From a virus (taxonomy: Duplodnaviria; Caudoviricetes), in the IMG/VR virus record IMGVR_UViG_3300028587_000016, positions 1 to 40,225 of that record: 40,225 bases of DNA. One strand, written 5' to 3'. A program made the position numbers and the translations under genes. Below are positions 1 through 9,451 of this stretch, piece by piece. A model generated the notes under the pieces. It saw nothing but the letters and a program-made list of their open reading frames with translations, was not told the origin of the DNA and made no database searches. Positions within the stretch are counted from its first letter, which is position 1, and each line of letters opens with the position of its first letter.

Positions 1-1
1 G

Positions 2-439
2 CCGGCGAATCTGGCCCTGACGGGTGTCTCGCCGGCCGTCTCGGGCTCTGGGACGGTATCCGTCACCATCCCGCCCGCAGACGCGATCTTGACGGGCGTC
101 GCGCCGGATGTCGCCGCCGACGCCGCCACGATCGTCGTACCGACGGCGACTCTCACTCTCTCGGCTGTCGCGCCGACGGTCGTCGGAGAGGGTGTCGGCA
201 CCATCCTCGTGCCCGTCGGCGAGCTCACTCTCGTGGGAGTTCCCCCGCTTGTGGGCCGCGAGGACGAGCCCGGTCTGCTATCATTGTCTCTCAGCGCGCC
301 TACGGTCACACTGACTCTCAGCTCGCCGGAACTCACGTTGGACATCACCGCACCCACCGTCACTCTCGCGATCAGCTCGCCGGGACTCACGCTGGAGGTC
401 GCCGTTCCGTCGCTCGAGTTGATCATGGTCGGGGACTGA
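2..439 (+). CDS. Partial (5'-truncated) beta-repeat virion/fibre-like protein
   Basis: Frame is open from position 2. It has ~23-aa repeats (LTGVSPAV / LTGVAPDV / LSAVAPTV / LVGVPPLV) followed by 9-aa repeats (LSLSLSAPT / VTLTLSSPE / LTLDITAPT...). Stop is 1 nt before the next ATG. Confidence 0.6.
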   Translation, partial: PANLALTGVSPAVSGSGTVSVTIPPADAILTGVAPDVAADAATIVVPTATLTLSAVAPTVVGEGVGTILVPVGELTLVGVPPLVGREDEPGLLSLSLSAPTVTLTLSSPELTLDITAPTVTLAISSPGLTLEVAVPSLELIMVGD

Positions 440-440
440 G

Positions 441-743
441 ATGGAATCGTACGAGGTAGGCGACCAGCCGACGGTCACAGGGACGTTCCGCGAACGAGAC
501 ACTGGAGAGCTCGCGGACCCGACCGCCATCACCGTCCGGGTCCGCAAGCCCGACGGCACGATCACCCCGTACGATCAGGATGACATGGTGAACGTCTCCG
601 TCGGGATCTGGGAGTTCACGCTCCCGGCGCCTGTCGATCAGGATGGGAAGTGGACGGTGAAGTTCTACGGGACGGAGGGCGTGATCGTAGCCGAAGAGAT
701 CTCGTTCTCGGTACAGTGCTCCGTCATGGATGAGGCGATCTGA
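441..743 (+). CDS. Small Ig-like beta-sandwich virion-associated protein
   Basis: All-beta pattern (ITVRVRKPDG, GIWEFTLP, GKWTVKFYG); TGATG overlap with portal. Confidence 0.6.
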   Translation: MESYEVGDQPTVTGTFRERDTGELADPTAITVRVRKPDGTITPYDQDDMVNVSVGIWEFTLPAPVDQDGKWTVKFYGTEGVIVAEEISFSVQCSVMDEAI

Positions 744-2539
744 TGGTCACAGTCGCCGGAGCGGTCCTCCTCGGTCCCGGCAGTGGCGGCCCGTCGAGCA
801 AGACTCTGAGTCTGCCCTGGCAGACCAAGGCGTGGCGATTCTACGGCGCGCCCGACGGCACTGTTGCGGCAGACGTCAGGACGAACGAGGGCGCGATCGG
901 CGAGGTTCGCTTCGTCCTCGGCTGGATCGCTCAGCAGATCGGCCGAATCCACTGGGACGTTTGGCTCGACAGGAAACAACTCCCGCAGGAGCAGGCCGAC
1001 GAGCTCATGCTCAAGGTCGCGAACGAGGAGTCGACGATCACCATCGCAACGAATCTCGTCGTCGCTGGCGAGCTCAACTACGTCGGGATGACCATGGCGC
1101 AACTCGAGTCACTCGCGGAGCGATTCGAGTCACTGATCGGCCCAGACTTCGCCGGGACGGAGGACGCGCTCTGGGTTCCCATCTCCGTGATTCAGGACAA
1201 TCGGCAGAAGATCCTCGACGAGCACGCTGACAATCTCAACCTCCGGGCGATCTGGCCGCACCCGGCGAAGCCGACTGCCCCAGACCCGCCGCTGAAGAGC
1301 GTCCTCGACGTCCTCGACGAGATCGAGCAACTCCAGGACCTCGCCTACAGTCAGAATCGCAGCCGGATCGCTCAGATGGGCATCCTCACCGTCGCGCAGG
1401 AGTTCGATCTCGCGATCCCCGGTGGCAACTTCGGACAGCGACTCGAGGATGCGATCAACGCGCCGATCGCCGACCCGCGCACGTCGAGCGCGAGCCCGAT
1501 CCTCATCCGAGGTCCGTTCGAGCTGATGACCGGCTCGCTGTCGAATGGCGCCCGCGGCGTCCAGTGGACGAAGCCGCAGCAGGAGTTCGACGAGCGTCTC
1601 GACGACAAGATGAAGTTCCAGATCCAGCGGCTCGCCTGGGGCCTCCCGGTCGCGCCCGAGATCCTCCTCGGCATGACGGCGACGAACAGGGCAGTCGCGT
1701 TCCAGATCGAGGAGACGACCTATCGGTCGCACATCGAGCCGATCTGCAAGCTCGTCGGACGCATCTACGCCAGGGCGCTCAAGATGCTCCTCGAGAACAA
1801 GGATCAGCGGGTCCAGGTGCTCCCGGACGCGACTGACCTCCTCGCTAAGCGCCACAGCGTCGCAGACGCCAAGGACCTGTACGATCGCGGTCTCGTCAAC
1901 GGGCAGTACGTCAGGCGGACCGCCGGCATCCAGGAGGAAGATGCGGGGACGCAGGAGGATCTCGACCGGATCGTGCTCCTCCGGAAGGGCGGCAACCCCG
2001 GGCAGGGCCGAGAGAACGACCCGAGCGAGGTCGCCGGAAACGAGCCCGTTCGCGCATCTGCGGCGCTGGACGCCGAGGATCTCGAGGGTCAGCTCCGCGG
2101 CGCGGTCGACATGGCGTACGTCACCGCCGTCTCGAGGATCGGTGCCGCGGCTCGGAACAGGATCAACCGAGCGGGAGAGTACCTCACGCCGGGTCTCGAC
2201 ATCGACGTCGACCAGATCAGCAACAAGCGCCTCCCGAGCATGCTCGGTCCGGACCGACTCGCCGAGCTCAATCTCGGGATCGACGGCTGCGTCGATCCGG
2301 TCGTCGAGCACCTGACGACGTGGTGGCGAGGGCAGATCAGCATGGACGGCGCGCACGACGCGATGGCAGTCGACGAGAGTGTCGACGCTCTCGACAGATT
2401 CTTCAGGCACTGGTGTCAGAACGGCTCGTGCGGCTGGCCGCTGCCGGTCGCTGGCGATGCTCTCATGGGCCTGGTCCTGACGCCACTCCGAGAGCCGGTA
2501 CTAGAGTCTGCACCTGAGGAGGTCGCCGATGTCGCATAG
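743..2539 (+). CDS. Portal protein (cluster-B-like actinophage type)
   Basis: 598 aa; motifs NLVVAGE, IWPHP, RSRIAQMGIL, PEILLG; immediately upstream of the protease. Confidence 0.8.
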   Translation: MVTVAGAVLLGPGSGGPSSKTLSLPWQTKAWRFYGAPDGTVAADVRTNEGAIGEVRFVLGWIAQQIGRIHWDVWLDRKQLPQEQADELMLKVANEESTITIATNLVVAGELNYVGMTMAQLESLAERFESLIGPDFAGTEDALWVPISVIQDNRQKILDEHADNLNLRAIWPHPAKPTAPDPPLKSVLDVLDEIEQLQDLAYSQNRSRIAQMGILTVAQEFDLAIPGGNFGQRLEDAINAPIADPRTSSASPILIRGPFELMTGSLSNGARGVQWTKPQQEFDERLDDKMKFQIQRLAWGLPVAPEILLGMTATNRAVAFQIEETTYRSHIEPICKLVGRIYARALKMLLENKDQRVQVLPDATDLLAKRHSVADAKDLYDRGLVNGQYVRRTAGIQEEDAGTQEDLDRIVLLRKGGNPGQGRENDPSEVAGNEPVRASAALDAEDLEGQLRGAVDMAYVTAVSRIGAAARNRINRAGEYLTPGLDIDVDQISNKRLPSMLGPDRLAELNLGIDGCVDPVVEHLTTWWRGQISMDGAHDAMAVDESVDALDRFFRHWCQNGSCGWPLPVAGDALMGLVLTPLREPVLESAPEEVADVA

Positions 2540-3875
2540 GTTCGCGGGTATCGCGCTCGTCGAGGGAGAGCCGTCCGGCGACGGTCGCCTGTTCGAGGTC
2601 GGCGCGCTCAACTGGGATGGGATGCTCCCGTTCGATCTTGTGTGGGATCGCGAGGAAGGCGACCACACCGCCATGATCGTCGGGTTCGTCGACGGGATGG
2701 AGCGCCGTGACGGGAACGTCATCTGGGTCGAGGGCGGACTCTCGGAGACGTCTGACCCTGCCACGCTCGAGGCGATCGGCCGAGTGATCGAGCTGCTCGA
2801 CGAGGGGGCGACAGGTGTCAGCCTCCGCTGGGACGCGAGCGAGGTCGAGCTTCGCGTCAAGAAGGAGATCATCGACAAGCAGATCTCCGAGATGGAGGCT
2901 CTCTTCTCCGATGACGGGATGAAGCCGCCGGATATGGAGCTGACCGCAGATGGTCAGCGAGTCATCGTCGCGAGATTCAAGCACGACGACGCACTCGAGG
3001 TCACGACCAGCGCGCGACCGCGGCATCTCGCGATCGTCGACACCGGTGCGTGGTCTCAGGCGAAGATCGCGATGGTGACGACCGGCTCCATCGCTGCTGC
3101 TGCATCGCTGACCGAGTGGGACGCCTGCAGTTGGATGTTTGACGACCCGAAGTTCGGATCGATCCAGACCGACAAGCGACTTCGATACGACCCGGAGCGC
3201 GGGATCTGGAGCTGCCCGTCGACTCTCGTCGAGACGCCCCAGGGCATTCACCACTTCGGCCACATCACGCCGTCGGGCATCTGCCTTCGCGGTCGCCCTG
3301 AGAAGTGCCTCAACCCGCCGAACGGCGACCTCGAGGGCTTCATGCGCGGTCGCGCTCCCGCGGCTGGCGGTCGTCGCACCGGCGTGATCGTTTGCGGCGA
3401 GGGCTCCGCCCACTGTCAGACCGGGATCGGCATCGCCGAGGCGACCGCGTTCTACGACAGGGTCGGGTTCGGCGCCTCAGATGTCCGCGTCGGCCGAGAT
3501 CAATACGGCATCTGGTTCTCTGGGATGGTTCGCCCAGGCGCGCCGAAGGAGCGCGTCTACGAGCTCGCGGCGAGTGACGTGTCTGGGCACTGGGAGTACC
3601 CGCTGTTGGGGATCAAGAACCGAGCCACGCTCGTCGGTCTGCCGGCAGTGAACGTCGGGGGCTTCCCGAAGGGGTATCTCACGTACGAGGAGTTCATCGG
3701 CGGACTCGCGGCCTCGGCTGCTGTCACCGTCGACGAGGGTTGCGGCAGTTGGGAGGGCGAGTTGGAGGTCGACCGTGTCACTGTCATCGTGGACGTCAAC
3801 GAGCGGCTCACGCGCATCGAGCACGCGATCGGCGAGATGTACGCGGCGCATCTGCTTGCTCAGAGCGCCGACTGA
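2529..3875 (+). CDS. Capsid maturation protease
   Basis: Motifs GEPSGDGRLF, GIWFSG, SGHW, LVGLPAVNVGGFP resemble actinophage maturation proteases; follows portal. Confidence 0.75.
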   Translation: MSHRFAGIALVEGEPSGDGRLFEVGALNWDGMLPFDLVWDREEGDHTAMIVGFVDGMERRDGNVIWVEGGLSETSDPATLEAIGRVIELLDEGATGVSLRWDASEVELRVKKEIIDKQISEMEALFSDDGMKPPDMELTADGQRVIVARFKHDDALEVTTSARPRHLAIVDTGAWSQAKIAMVTTGSIAAAASLTEWDACSWMFDDPKFGSIQTDKRLRYDPERGIWSCPSTLVETPQGIHHFGHITPSGICLRGRPEKCLNPPNGDLEGFMRGRAPAAGGRRTGVIVCGEGSAHCQTGIGIAEATAFYDRVGFGASDVRVGRDQYGIWFSGMVRPGAPKERVYELAASDVSGHWEYPLLGIKNRATLVGLPAVNVGGFPKGYLTYEEFIGGLAASAAVTVDEGCGSWEGELEVDRVTVIVDVNERLTRIEHAIGEMYAAHLLAQSAD

Positions 3876-3896
3876 GCGGCTCGGCGCGCGTGAAGC

Positions 3897-4217
3897 GTGA
3901 ACTTCGACGACCTTGCCAGACTCATCCCGCTGGGCGGAGCGACATTCCTCATCGTGTTCGTCCTCGGCATCGTCATCCAGGAGCGGCATCAGTGGACTGT
4001 TGACCGGAGGGAGATGGAAGCTCGTCATGACGAGGAGATGGAGAATCTGCGCGAGCAGCACAGGGCCGCCCTCGAGACACGAGACACAGACGCCCAGCGA
4101 ACCATCGCGTATCTCCGGAAGAGAGTCGAGGAGCTGACTGAGGAGTTGATCGAGGTACGAGCGCAGATGAGAGTCATGGGTAAGGAGATCGACGATCTGA
4201 GAGGTAAGACCTCGTGA
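3897..4217 (+). CDS. Membrane protein, N-terminal TM helix plus coiled coil (lysis-accessory-like)
   Basis: Hydrophobic [19 protein letters not shown] followed by a charged heptad helix. Confidence 0.65.
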   Translation: MNFDDLARLIPLGGATFLIVFVLGIVIQERHQWTVDRREMEARHDEEMENLREQHRAALETRDTDAQRTIAYLRKRVEELTEELIEVRAQMRVMGKEIDDLRGKTS

Positions 4218-4927
4218 TGCGTCACATCCGTCGGCGTACCGATATCACGTTCTTCATCGTCGTGCCGGCCCTCCTCGTGCTCTGGATCATCATGATCTTC
4301 TGGTTGCCGAACCGGAACGATCGCGCGCAGAACGAGCGACTCGACAACCTCGACGGTGCCATCATCGCTCTCGCGACCGCCGTCGACGAGGCGCGAGCTC
4401 GCGGTGAGAACATCCCCACACCGGAGCAGATCCTCGAGGCGGCGAGACTCAATCCGGATCTCCTCCCTCGGCAAGGTGATCAGGGTGAGCGAGGTGAGGC
4501 AGGTCCCGCCGGAGAGATCGGCGAGATCGGTCCTCAAGGCGTCCCTGGCCCAGCCGGAGAGACAGGTCCTACGGGACCTCGAGGTGACGTCGGCGTTCAG
4601 GGGGAAGTGGGACCTGCCGGTCCGGCCGGACCTGCCGGACCTATCGGACCCGCGGGGCCGGCCGGTCCCACAGGATCGCAGGGAGATTCGGGTTCGCCAG
4701 GACCACCAGGACCTCAAGGAGAGATCGGGCCTCCTGGCCCCGCGGGAGAGACGGGAGCTACGGGTGTCACCGGCGAGACAGGCGCCACCGGGCCCGAGGG
4801 CCCGCAGGGTCCGATCGGCCCACAGGGGCCGGCGGGATTGACGTGCCCTGAGGGGTTCCACCCTGATATGTTCGAGTTCAACGCGCCTGGAGGGCAGGTC
4901 ACGCTCTTCGTGTGCATCAGCAATTGA
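4214..4927 (+). CDS. Membrane-anchored collagen-like protein
   Basis: N-terminal TM helix, about 41 contiguous Gly-X-Y triplets, C-terminal CPEG...C motif. Confidence 0.85.
   Translation: MMRHIRRRTDITFFIVVPALLVLWIIMIFWLPNRNDRAQNERLDNLDGAIIALATAVDEARARGENIPTPEQILEAARLNPDLLPRQGDQGERGEAGPAGEIGEIGPQGVPGPAGETGPTGPRGDVGVQGEVGPAGPAGPAGPIGPAGPAGPTGSQGDSGSPGPPGPQGEIGPPGPAGETGATGVTGETGATGPEGPQGPIGPQGPAGLTCPEGFHPDMFEFNAPGGQVTLFVCISN
4475..4843 (+). repeat. Collagen Gly-X-Y coding repeat
   Basis: [12 protein letters not shown]...GPQGPAGLT. Confidence 0.9.
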
Positions 4928-4937
4928 AGGAGACATC

Positions 4938-5258
4938 ATGGACACGTTCATCCCCGTCGCCGTACTCATCGGCTTCGGCATCTCACTGTTCAATCTGATC
5001 CTCTACCTGAGGAACAAGCAGTGGGACAACGCATTCAAGATCTTGGGAGTGTGGGTCGCCTTCATCGTCGTCGTGCTCCTGTTCGCGGAGAGCGACTGGG
5101 CAGCCCAGGTCGTCATCGGCGACATCTCGCTCGAGGCGGCCAACTTCTGGTCGAAGGTCATCATGGGCGTGTTTCTCGGAGGCTCCGCTACCGTCGTCGT
5201 CGAGTTCAAGAAGGCCTTCGACAACGGTGACTCGGCTGCGAAGCCGAAGCTGCTGTAA
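4938..5258 (+). CDS. Putative holin (3 TM helices)
   Basis: 106 aa, three hydrophobic segments, charged C-terminus, GGAG RBS. Confidence 0.6.
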   Translation: MDTFIPVAVLIGFGISLFNLILYLRNKQWDNAFKILGVWVAFIVVVLLFAESDWAAQVVIGDISLEAANFWSKVIMGVFLGGSATVVVEFKKAFDNGDSAAKPKLL

Positions 5259-6052
5259 TGAGCCCACGGACCTCGGTCGCCGTCGTAGGCTCATCTGCGA
5301 GCGGAGGTGGCGGCGCTGCCTCACTGCTCGCCGAGGCCGCGGTGCGATTCGACTTCTCCGAGTACGACGACGTCGGCAACATGGTCGATGTCGTAGCGGG
5401 CTGGGGTCCGTTGACGCCTTCGCACTCCGGTGGCTCCCCGACTTTGGCCCTGATCGCTGAGGGATTGCAGGTTACGAACCTGGCCGCTCCCGGCCTTACT
5501 CGGTTCAGGATCGCTGGCGTACCGGGTCCTCTGTCATTCGACGGCGACGGCCTGACGTATCTCTCGGTGGTGCGAGTGTTGGAGGCCTGGGACAACAGCC
5601 CCGTGAGTGCGTTCGTACTGCAAGGCGACTACAACAATGATGGCGCTCCGACGCTGGCCGGAGAGTGGGAGTTGATCAACGGCAGTGAGGACAGTGTGTC
5701 GATACTCCACCAGGATCAGGGGCCAGGCTTCGCGAACATCGTCGACGACGGTGCTGTTGGCGTGGAAACGGACCCAGTGAATGTCGGCGGGGTATTCGTT
5801 CATGTCGTCGTGTTGGACGCGGCTGCCGAGGTCGTCCGCTCCTACCTTGCCAGCCCGGACGGCGTCACCACCATCCGCGACCTCCCGTTTACCGAGGCGG
5901 CGACATACACCGACTTCTCGATCGACTACTTCAACTGGAACGTGTCTCCCACGGGTGCTGCGTTCGACCGGGTGTGGATTGAGTCGGATGCCTGGAATCG
6001 CGCCCTCACCCCCGCCGAGGTCGCCGCGCTGGTCGCCCACTTCACGGGGTGA
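5258..6052 (+). CDS. LamG/ConA-like beta-sandwich protein
   Basis: C-terminal AWNRALTPAEVAAL signature typical of LamG-like domains; Gly/Ser N-terminal linker; TAATG coupling. Confidence 0.55.
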   Translation: MSPRTSVAVVGSSASGGGGAASLLAEAAVRFDFSEYDDVGNMVDVVAGWGPLTPSHSGGSPTLALIAEGLQVTNLAAPGLTRFRIAGVPGPLSFDGDGLTYLSVVRVLEAWDNSPVSAFVLQGDYNNDGAPTLAGEWELINGSEDSVSILHQDQGPGFANIVDDGAVGVETDPVNVGGVFVHVVVLDAAAEVVRSYLASPDGVTTIRDLPFTEAATYTDFSIDYFNWNVSPTGAAFDRVWIESDAWNRALTPAEVAALVAHFTG

Positions 6053-6080
6053 ACTACTGGACGAGGTCGTCTGAGGTAGC

Positions 6081-6197
6081 TACAGTGCGACACCAAGAGA
6101 GGTCCACCGCGCAGTCGCATAGCGCAGTCGGAGGGCCGCCGACGCATAGCGCGGCCTCCAGATCGACGCCATACCCACAGCGACTGAGGGAGACACA
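6081..6197 (+). promoter_or_regulatory. Putative promoter and structured 5' leader of the capsid gene
   Basis: TACAGT -10-like hexamer at 6081-6086; two CGCATAGCG copies; complementary segments; GAGGGAG RBS before GTG 6198. Confidence 0.45.
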
Positions 6198-7856
6198 GTG
6201 GACCGAGAGCAGATCCTCGCAATCATCGAGCGGATCGGTGGTGACAACCCGCCGGACCTCGCCGAGCTGGAGACCGCACGGTCTGAGCTCGCCAAGGCGA
6301 TCCACGCCGAGGCCAAGGCAGATCAGCCGAAGCTCGACGTCCTGACGACCCTCCGGAAGGCATTCGGCGACGTCGGCACCGCGATCACCGAGAAGCAGGC
6401 CGAGCTCGCAGCTCAGCAGGCCAGCATCGAGGAGTTGCTCGCGGACGTGCCCGACCCGGACGCGCCGCCTGCCGCATCCGACACGCCCGATCCGGATGAG
6501 CCGCCCGTCGAGCCTGAGGTGCCCGAGGTGCCGGAGGTGCCCGAGGCGATCGTTCCTGACGAGGTCATCGAGCCGATTGCTGCTGCCGCGACTCCGCCTC
6601 GGACGATTCCCCTGCGAGACGCGATCACCAGGGTGGTCCACCGTCCTGCGACACCGGCGCCGCCTGTGACGGTCGGCACTCCCGGCAACAAGATCTTCCT
6701 CGAGGGAGCGCAGATCGATCACGTCCCCGCGATCCGTGAGATCGCAGGAGCCTTCGAGCGAATCACCCGCTCGCCGTCGACCGGCAAGGCGACCCTCCTC
6801 CGCTTCGACGCGGAGATGGCGCCAGAGCAGATGCTGCCTGGTACGACCGAGGGCAACACAGCTCTTCTCGAGCAGTTCATGGGCCCGGAGGCCATCGCCG
6901 CCGCCGGCGGCTGTTGCTCGCTTCCGACCCCGATCCGCTCGCAGAACGTGCTGAGCTCGTCCGCCCGCCCGCTCCAGGCGTCACTGCCGACGATCGGCGT
7001 GACGGATACCGGCGCGGTCACGTACTTCCCGGCCGTCTGCCTCCCCGATGAAGGCGCCGCGCTGTGGCTCTGCGCAGATGACGAGGACGTCGACTTCGAC
7101 GACGACGCCACGTGGAAGGAGTGCGTCTTCATCGACTGCCCGACCGCGCAGACGACCATCGTCGACGCGGTGTACCGGTGCTTGACCATCGGCGAGTTCC
7201 AGCGCCGGTTCGCGACAGAGCAGTGGATGGCGATCATCCAGGCGACGATCGCGCTCCAGGCCCGGATCGCCGAGGCTCGCCTCTGGGCTCGCATGCTCGC
7301 GACGGTCAACACCACGCACACCGTGGCCGCGACCGGATCGTTCTTCGTCACGTGGGCGCAGGGCACGCTGCTCGCGGCGGAGTCCATCCGAGAGGATCAG
7401 CGCTACATCGACGTTCCGCTTCGTCAGTGGGTTCCCCACTGGTTCCGCGCCGCTGTCGCGTCGGACCTGATCGCTCGCCGAGTCGTCGACGTCGACAACC
7501 CCGGCGTGATCCAGACGCACATCAACGCCGTCCTCACCGAGGCCAACGTCAATCAGACGGTGCTCGGTCCGGACACGCAGTTCATCGAGCAGGTCGCTCA
7601 GGCGAACGGCACGCTGCAGGACTACCCCAACGAGATGGCGACCGTCATGGCGGCCGAGGGTCACTACAGCTACCTCGACGGTGGCCAGTTCGACCTCGGC
7701 ATCGAGATCCGCGATCTCGACCTCGCCCGTCAGAACGCCGTCGCGGCGTTCGCTGAGGGCTTCGAGGGCCTGCTCGCCCGCGGCTGCAACGCGAAGCGGA
7801 TGAACTTCGTCGTGGACGTCTGCCGCGACGCCGCTGGTTGCGAGGGGACCAGCTGA
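6198..7856 (+). CDS. Major capsid (hexamer) protein with N-terminal scaffold-like region
   Basis: N-terminal coiled coil and Pro/Glu linker, then AAGGCC, KEC..CP, LDGGQFDLGIEIRD..L..QN motifs of cluster-B-like capsids. Confidence 0.85.
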   Translation: MDREQILAIIERIGGDNPPDLAELETARSELAKAIHAEAKADQPKLDVLTTLRKAFGDVGTAITEKQAELAAQQASIEELLADVPDPDAPPAASDTPDPDEPPVEPEVPEVPEVPEAIVPDEVIEPIAAAATPPRTIPLRDAITRVVHRPATPAPPVTVGTPGNKIFLEGAQIDHVPAIREIAGAFERITRSPSTGKATLLRFDAEMAPEQMLPGTTEGNTALLEQFMGPEAIAAAGGCCSLPTPIRSQNVLSSSARPLQASLPTIGVTDTGAVTYFPAVCLPDEGAALWLCADDEDVDFDDDATWKECVFIDCPTAQTTIVDAVYRCLTIGEFQRRFATEQWMAIIQATIALQARIAEARLWARMLATVNTTHTVAATGSFFVTWAQGTLLAAESIREDQRYIDVPLRQWVPHWFRAAVASDLIARRVVDVDNPGVIQTHINAVLTEANVNQTVLGPDTQFIEQVAQANGTLQDYPNEMATVMAAEGHYSYLDGGQFDLGIEIRDLDLARQNAVAAFAEGFEGLLARGCNAKRMNFVVDVCRDAAGCEGTS

Positions 7857-7857
7857 C

Positions 7858-8661
7858 GTGACGGACCTCCTGCAGAATGACGTCGGCCTCCGGTCGGCGG
7901 GAAGGGCTCGCTACGGTCTCCTGGCCGTGGCGAACCCACTCCCGCAGGGCTGGGAGAACGGCGGCATCGCGTTCAGGAGCGTCGGCTGCGAGGCACCGGA
8001 GATCATCGCGATCTGTGACGTCGTCGATTCCACCGAGATCCGACCCGGCGACAACGCCGTGTTCGAGCCGATCTTCATCCGGCAGACCGCGGCATGTGCC
8101 GCCATGTCGAAGATCGGGTCCGTGGACATGGCCGGCAATCGCCTGTCGTCCACGACCGAGTGGGCCCTCGGACGAGCTCTCGTCACCGGCGCTGGGTCGA
8201 GCAATCCTGCTCTCGCGGACGCGACCCTCGTTCACGACGCGACCGACGACAACCCGACGATCGCCGCGATCTCCGCCGTATCGTGCATCGAGCAGACCGC
8301 CGCAGATCTCGGTTTCGGCGCCGAGATCACGCTGCACGCTCCGTTCCGGGCCGCCTCGTACCTCACGGCCGCGAATCTCCTCGTCGACGGCCTGTCGCCG
8401 ACCGGCAACCCGTGGATCATCAGTCCCGGCTACCCCGGCAGCGACGACGGCAGCGCGGCCGACTCCGTGATCCGCATCTGGGCGACGGGCCCGGTGTGGG
8501 CCGGGGTGACCGGGATGTTCCCGGCGTCGTCCACCGGCCCGCTCGGCTGGCGTCAGAACTACGACGCCGCGATCGCATATCGACTCGGCATGGCCGCATT
8601 CGATCCCTGTCTCAACTTGTCCGCGACGTTCACCGTCCCCGCCTGTATCGGAGGCTCCTGA
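7858..8661 (+). CDS. Putative capsid pentamer / second capsid protein
   Basis: WENGGIAF, HAP, SPTGNPWIISPGY, IWATGPV; lies between capsid and tail tube as in cluster-B-like phages. Confidence 0.65.
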   Translation: MTDLLQNDVGLRSAGRARYGLLAVANPLPQGWENGGIAFRSVGCEAPEIIAICDVVDSTEIRPGDNAVFEPIFIRQTAACAAMSKIGSVDMAGNRLSSTTEWALGRALVTGAGSSNPALADATLVHDATDDNPTIAAISAVSCIEQTAADLGFGAEITLHAPFRAASYLTAANLLVDGLSPTGNPWIISPGYPGSDDGSAADSVIRIWATGPVWAGVTGMFPASSTGPLGWRQNYDAAIAYRLGMAAFDPCLNLSATFTVPACIGGS

Positions 8662-8662
8662 C

Positions 8663-9367
8663 ATGGCAGTCCAGTGTTTCCCCTTCGCTCAGGGTCGCCG
8701 TCTCCGTGTCACCGCGGTCGACAATTGCGGCAACCCTGTCGACGACGACCCCTGCGCCATGGTCGTGTCCAGCGGCTTCGTCCAGGTCTCGGTCGGCTCC
8801 GAGGTCGTGACGGGCACCACGATCCAGCCGCTCAACGCGGCAGGCGAGTTGTGCTTCCAGCTTCGCAGCCCTGACCAGTTCGCCCGCCACACGCTCCAGG
8901 TCGACTTCTGCAACGTCGACCCGTCCCTGATGAGTCTCGTCACCAACTCGTACCCGGTCCTTGACTACGCCGGCGACATCGTCGGATTCCAGACCAAGGA
9001 GGGCGGTCACGAGTCTGGCTACGCGCTCGAGATCTGGATGGGCGTCCCGGGCGTCGACTGCCCAGAGCAGGGCGCCAATCCGGTCGACAGCCTCGGCTAC
9101 GTCCTCTTCCCATTCGTCGTGCCGGGAGCTCTCGGCGACTTCACGATCGCCAATGCCGAGGTCACGTTCCGTGTCGCGGGCTTCACCAAGGCCAACGGCA
9201 ACTGGGGCACTGGCCCGTACGAGGTCGTCGCGCAGGACGCGAACAACCTGCCCGGCCCACTCATCGACCCGCTGCCGTCCGACGTGCACGCGCACCTGCA
9301 GTGGACCTCGGTCCCGGCGCCTGACGCGTTCTGCGGCTGCCTGCCGTTGAGCAACAGCGGCAGCTGA
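8663..9367 (+). CDS. Major tail (tube) protein
   Basis: GRRLRVTAVDNCG, FCNVDP, ALEIW, GYVLFPFV, WGTGPYEV motifs. Confidence 0.8.
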   Translation: MAVQCFPFAQGRRLRVTAVDNCGNPVDDDPCAMVVSSGFVQVSVGSEVVTGTTIQPLNAAGELCFQLRSPDQFARHTLQVDFCNVDPSLMSLVTNSYPVLDYAGDIVGFQTKEGGHESGYALEIWMGVPGVDCPEQGANPVDSLGYVLFPFVVPGALGDFTIANAEVTFRVAGFTKANGNWGTGPYEVVAQDANNLPGPLIDPLPSDVHAHLQWTSVPAPDAFCGCLPLSNSGS

Positions 9368-9404
9368 TCACCGGGAGGGATGGCCCTCACTCCTGGCGCA
9401 TCCG

Positions 9405-9440
9405 GCGGGAGGCCATGGTCCACCCATCGTGGCCTCCCGC
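9405..9440 (+). terminator. GC-rich hairpin after the tail tube gene, putative terminator
   Basis: 11-bp inverted repeat GCGGGAGGCCA (9405-9415) / TGGCCTCCCGC (9430-9440); no strong U-tract; smaller GAGGG/CCCTC hairpin at 9375-9388. Confidence 0.55.
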
Positions 9441-9451
9441 TGTGATGATAG

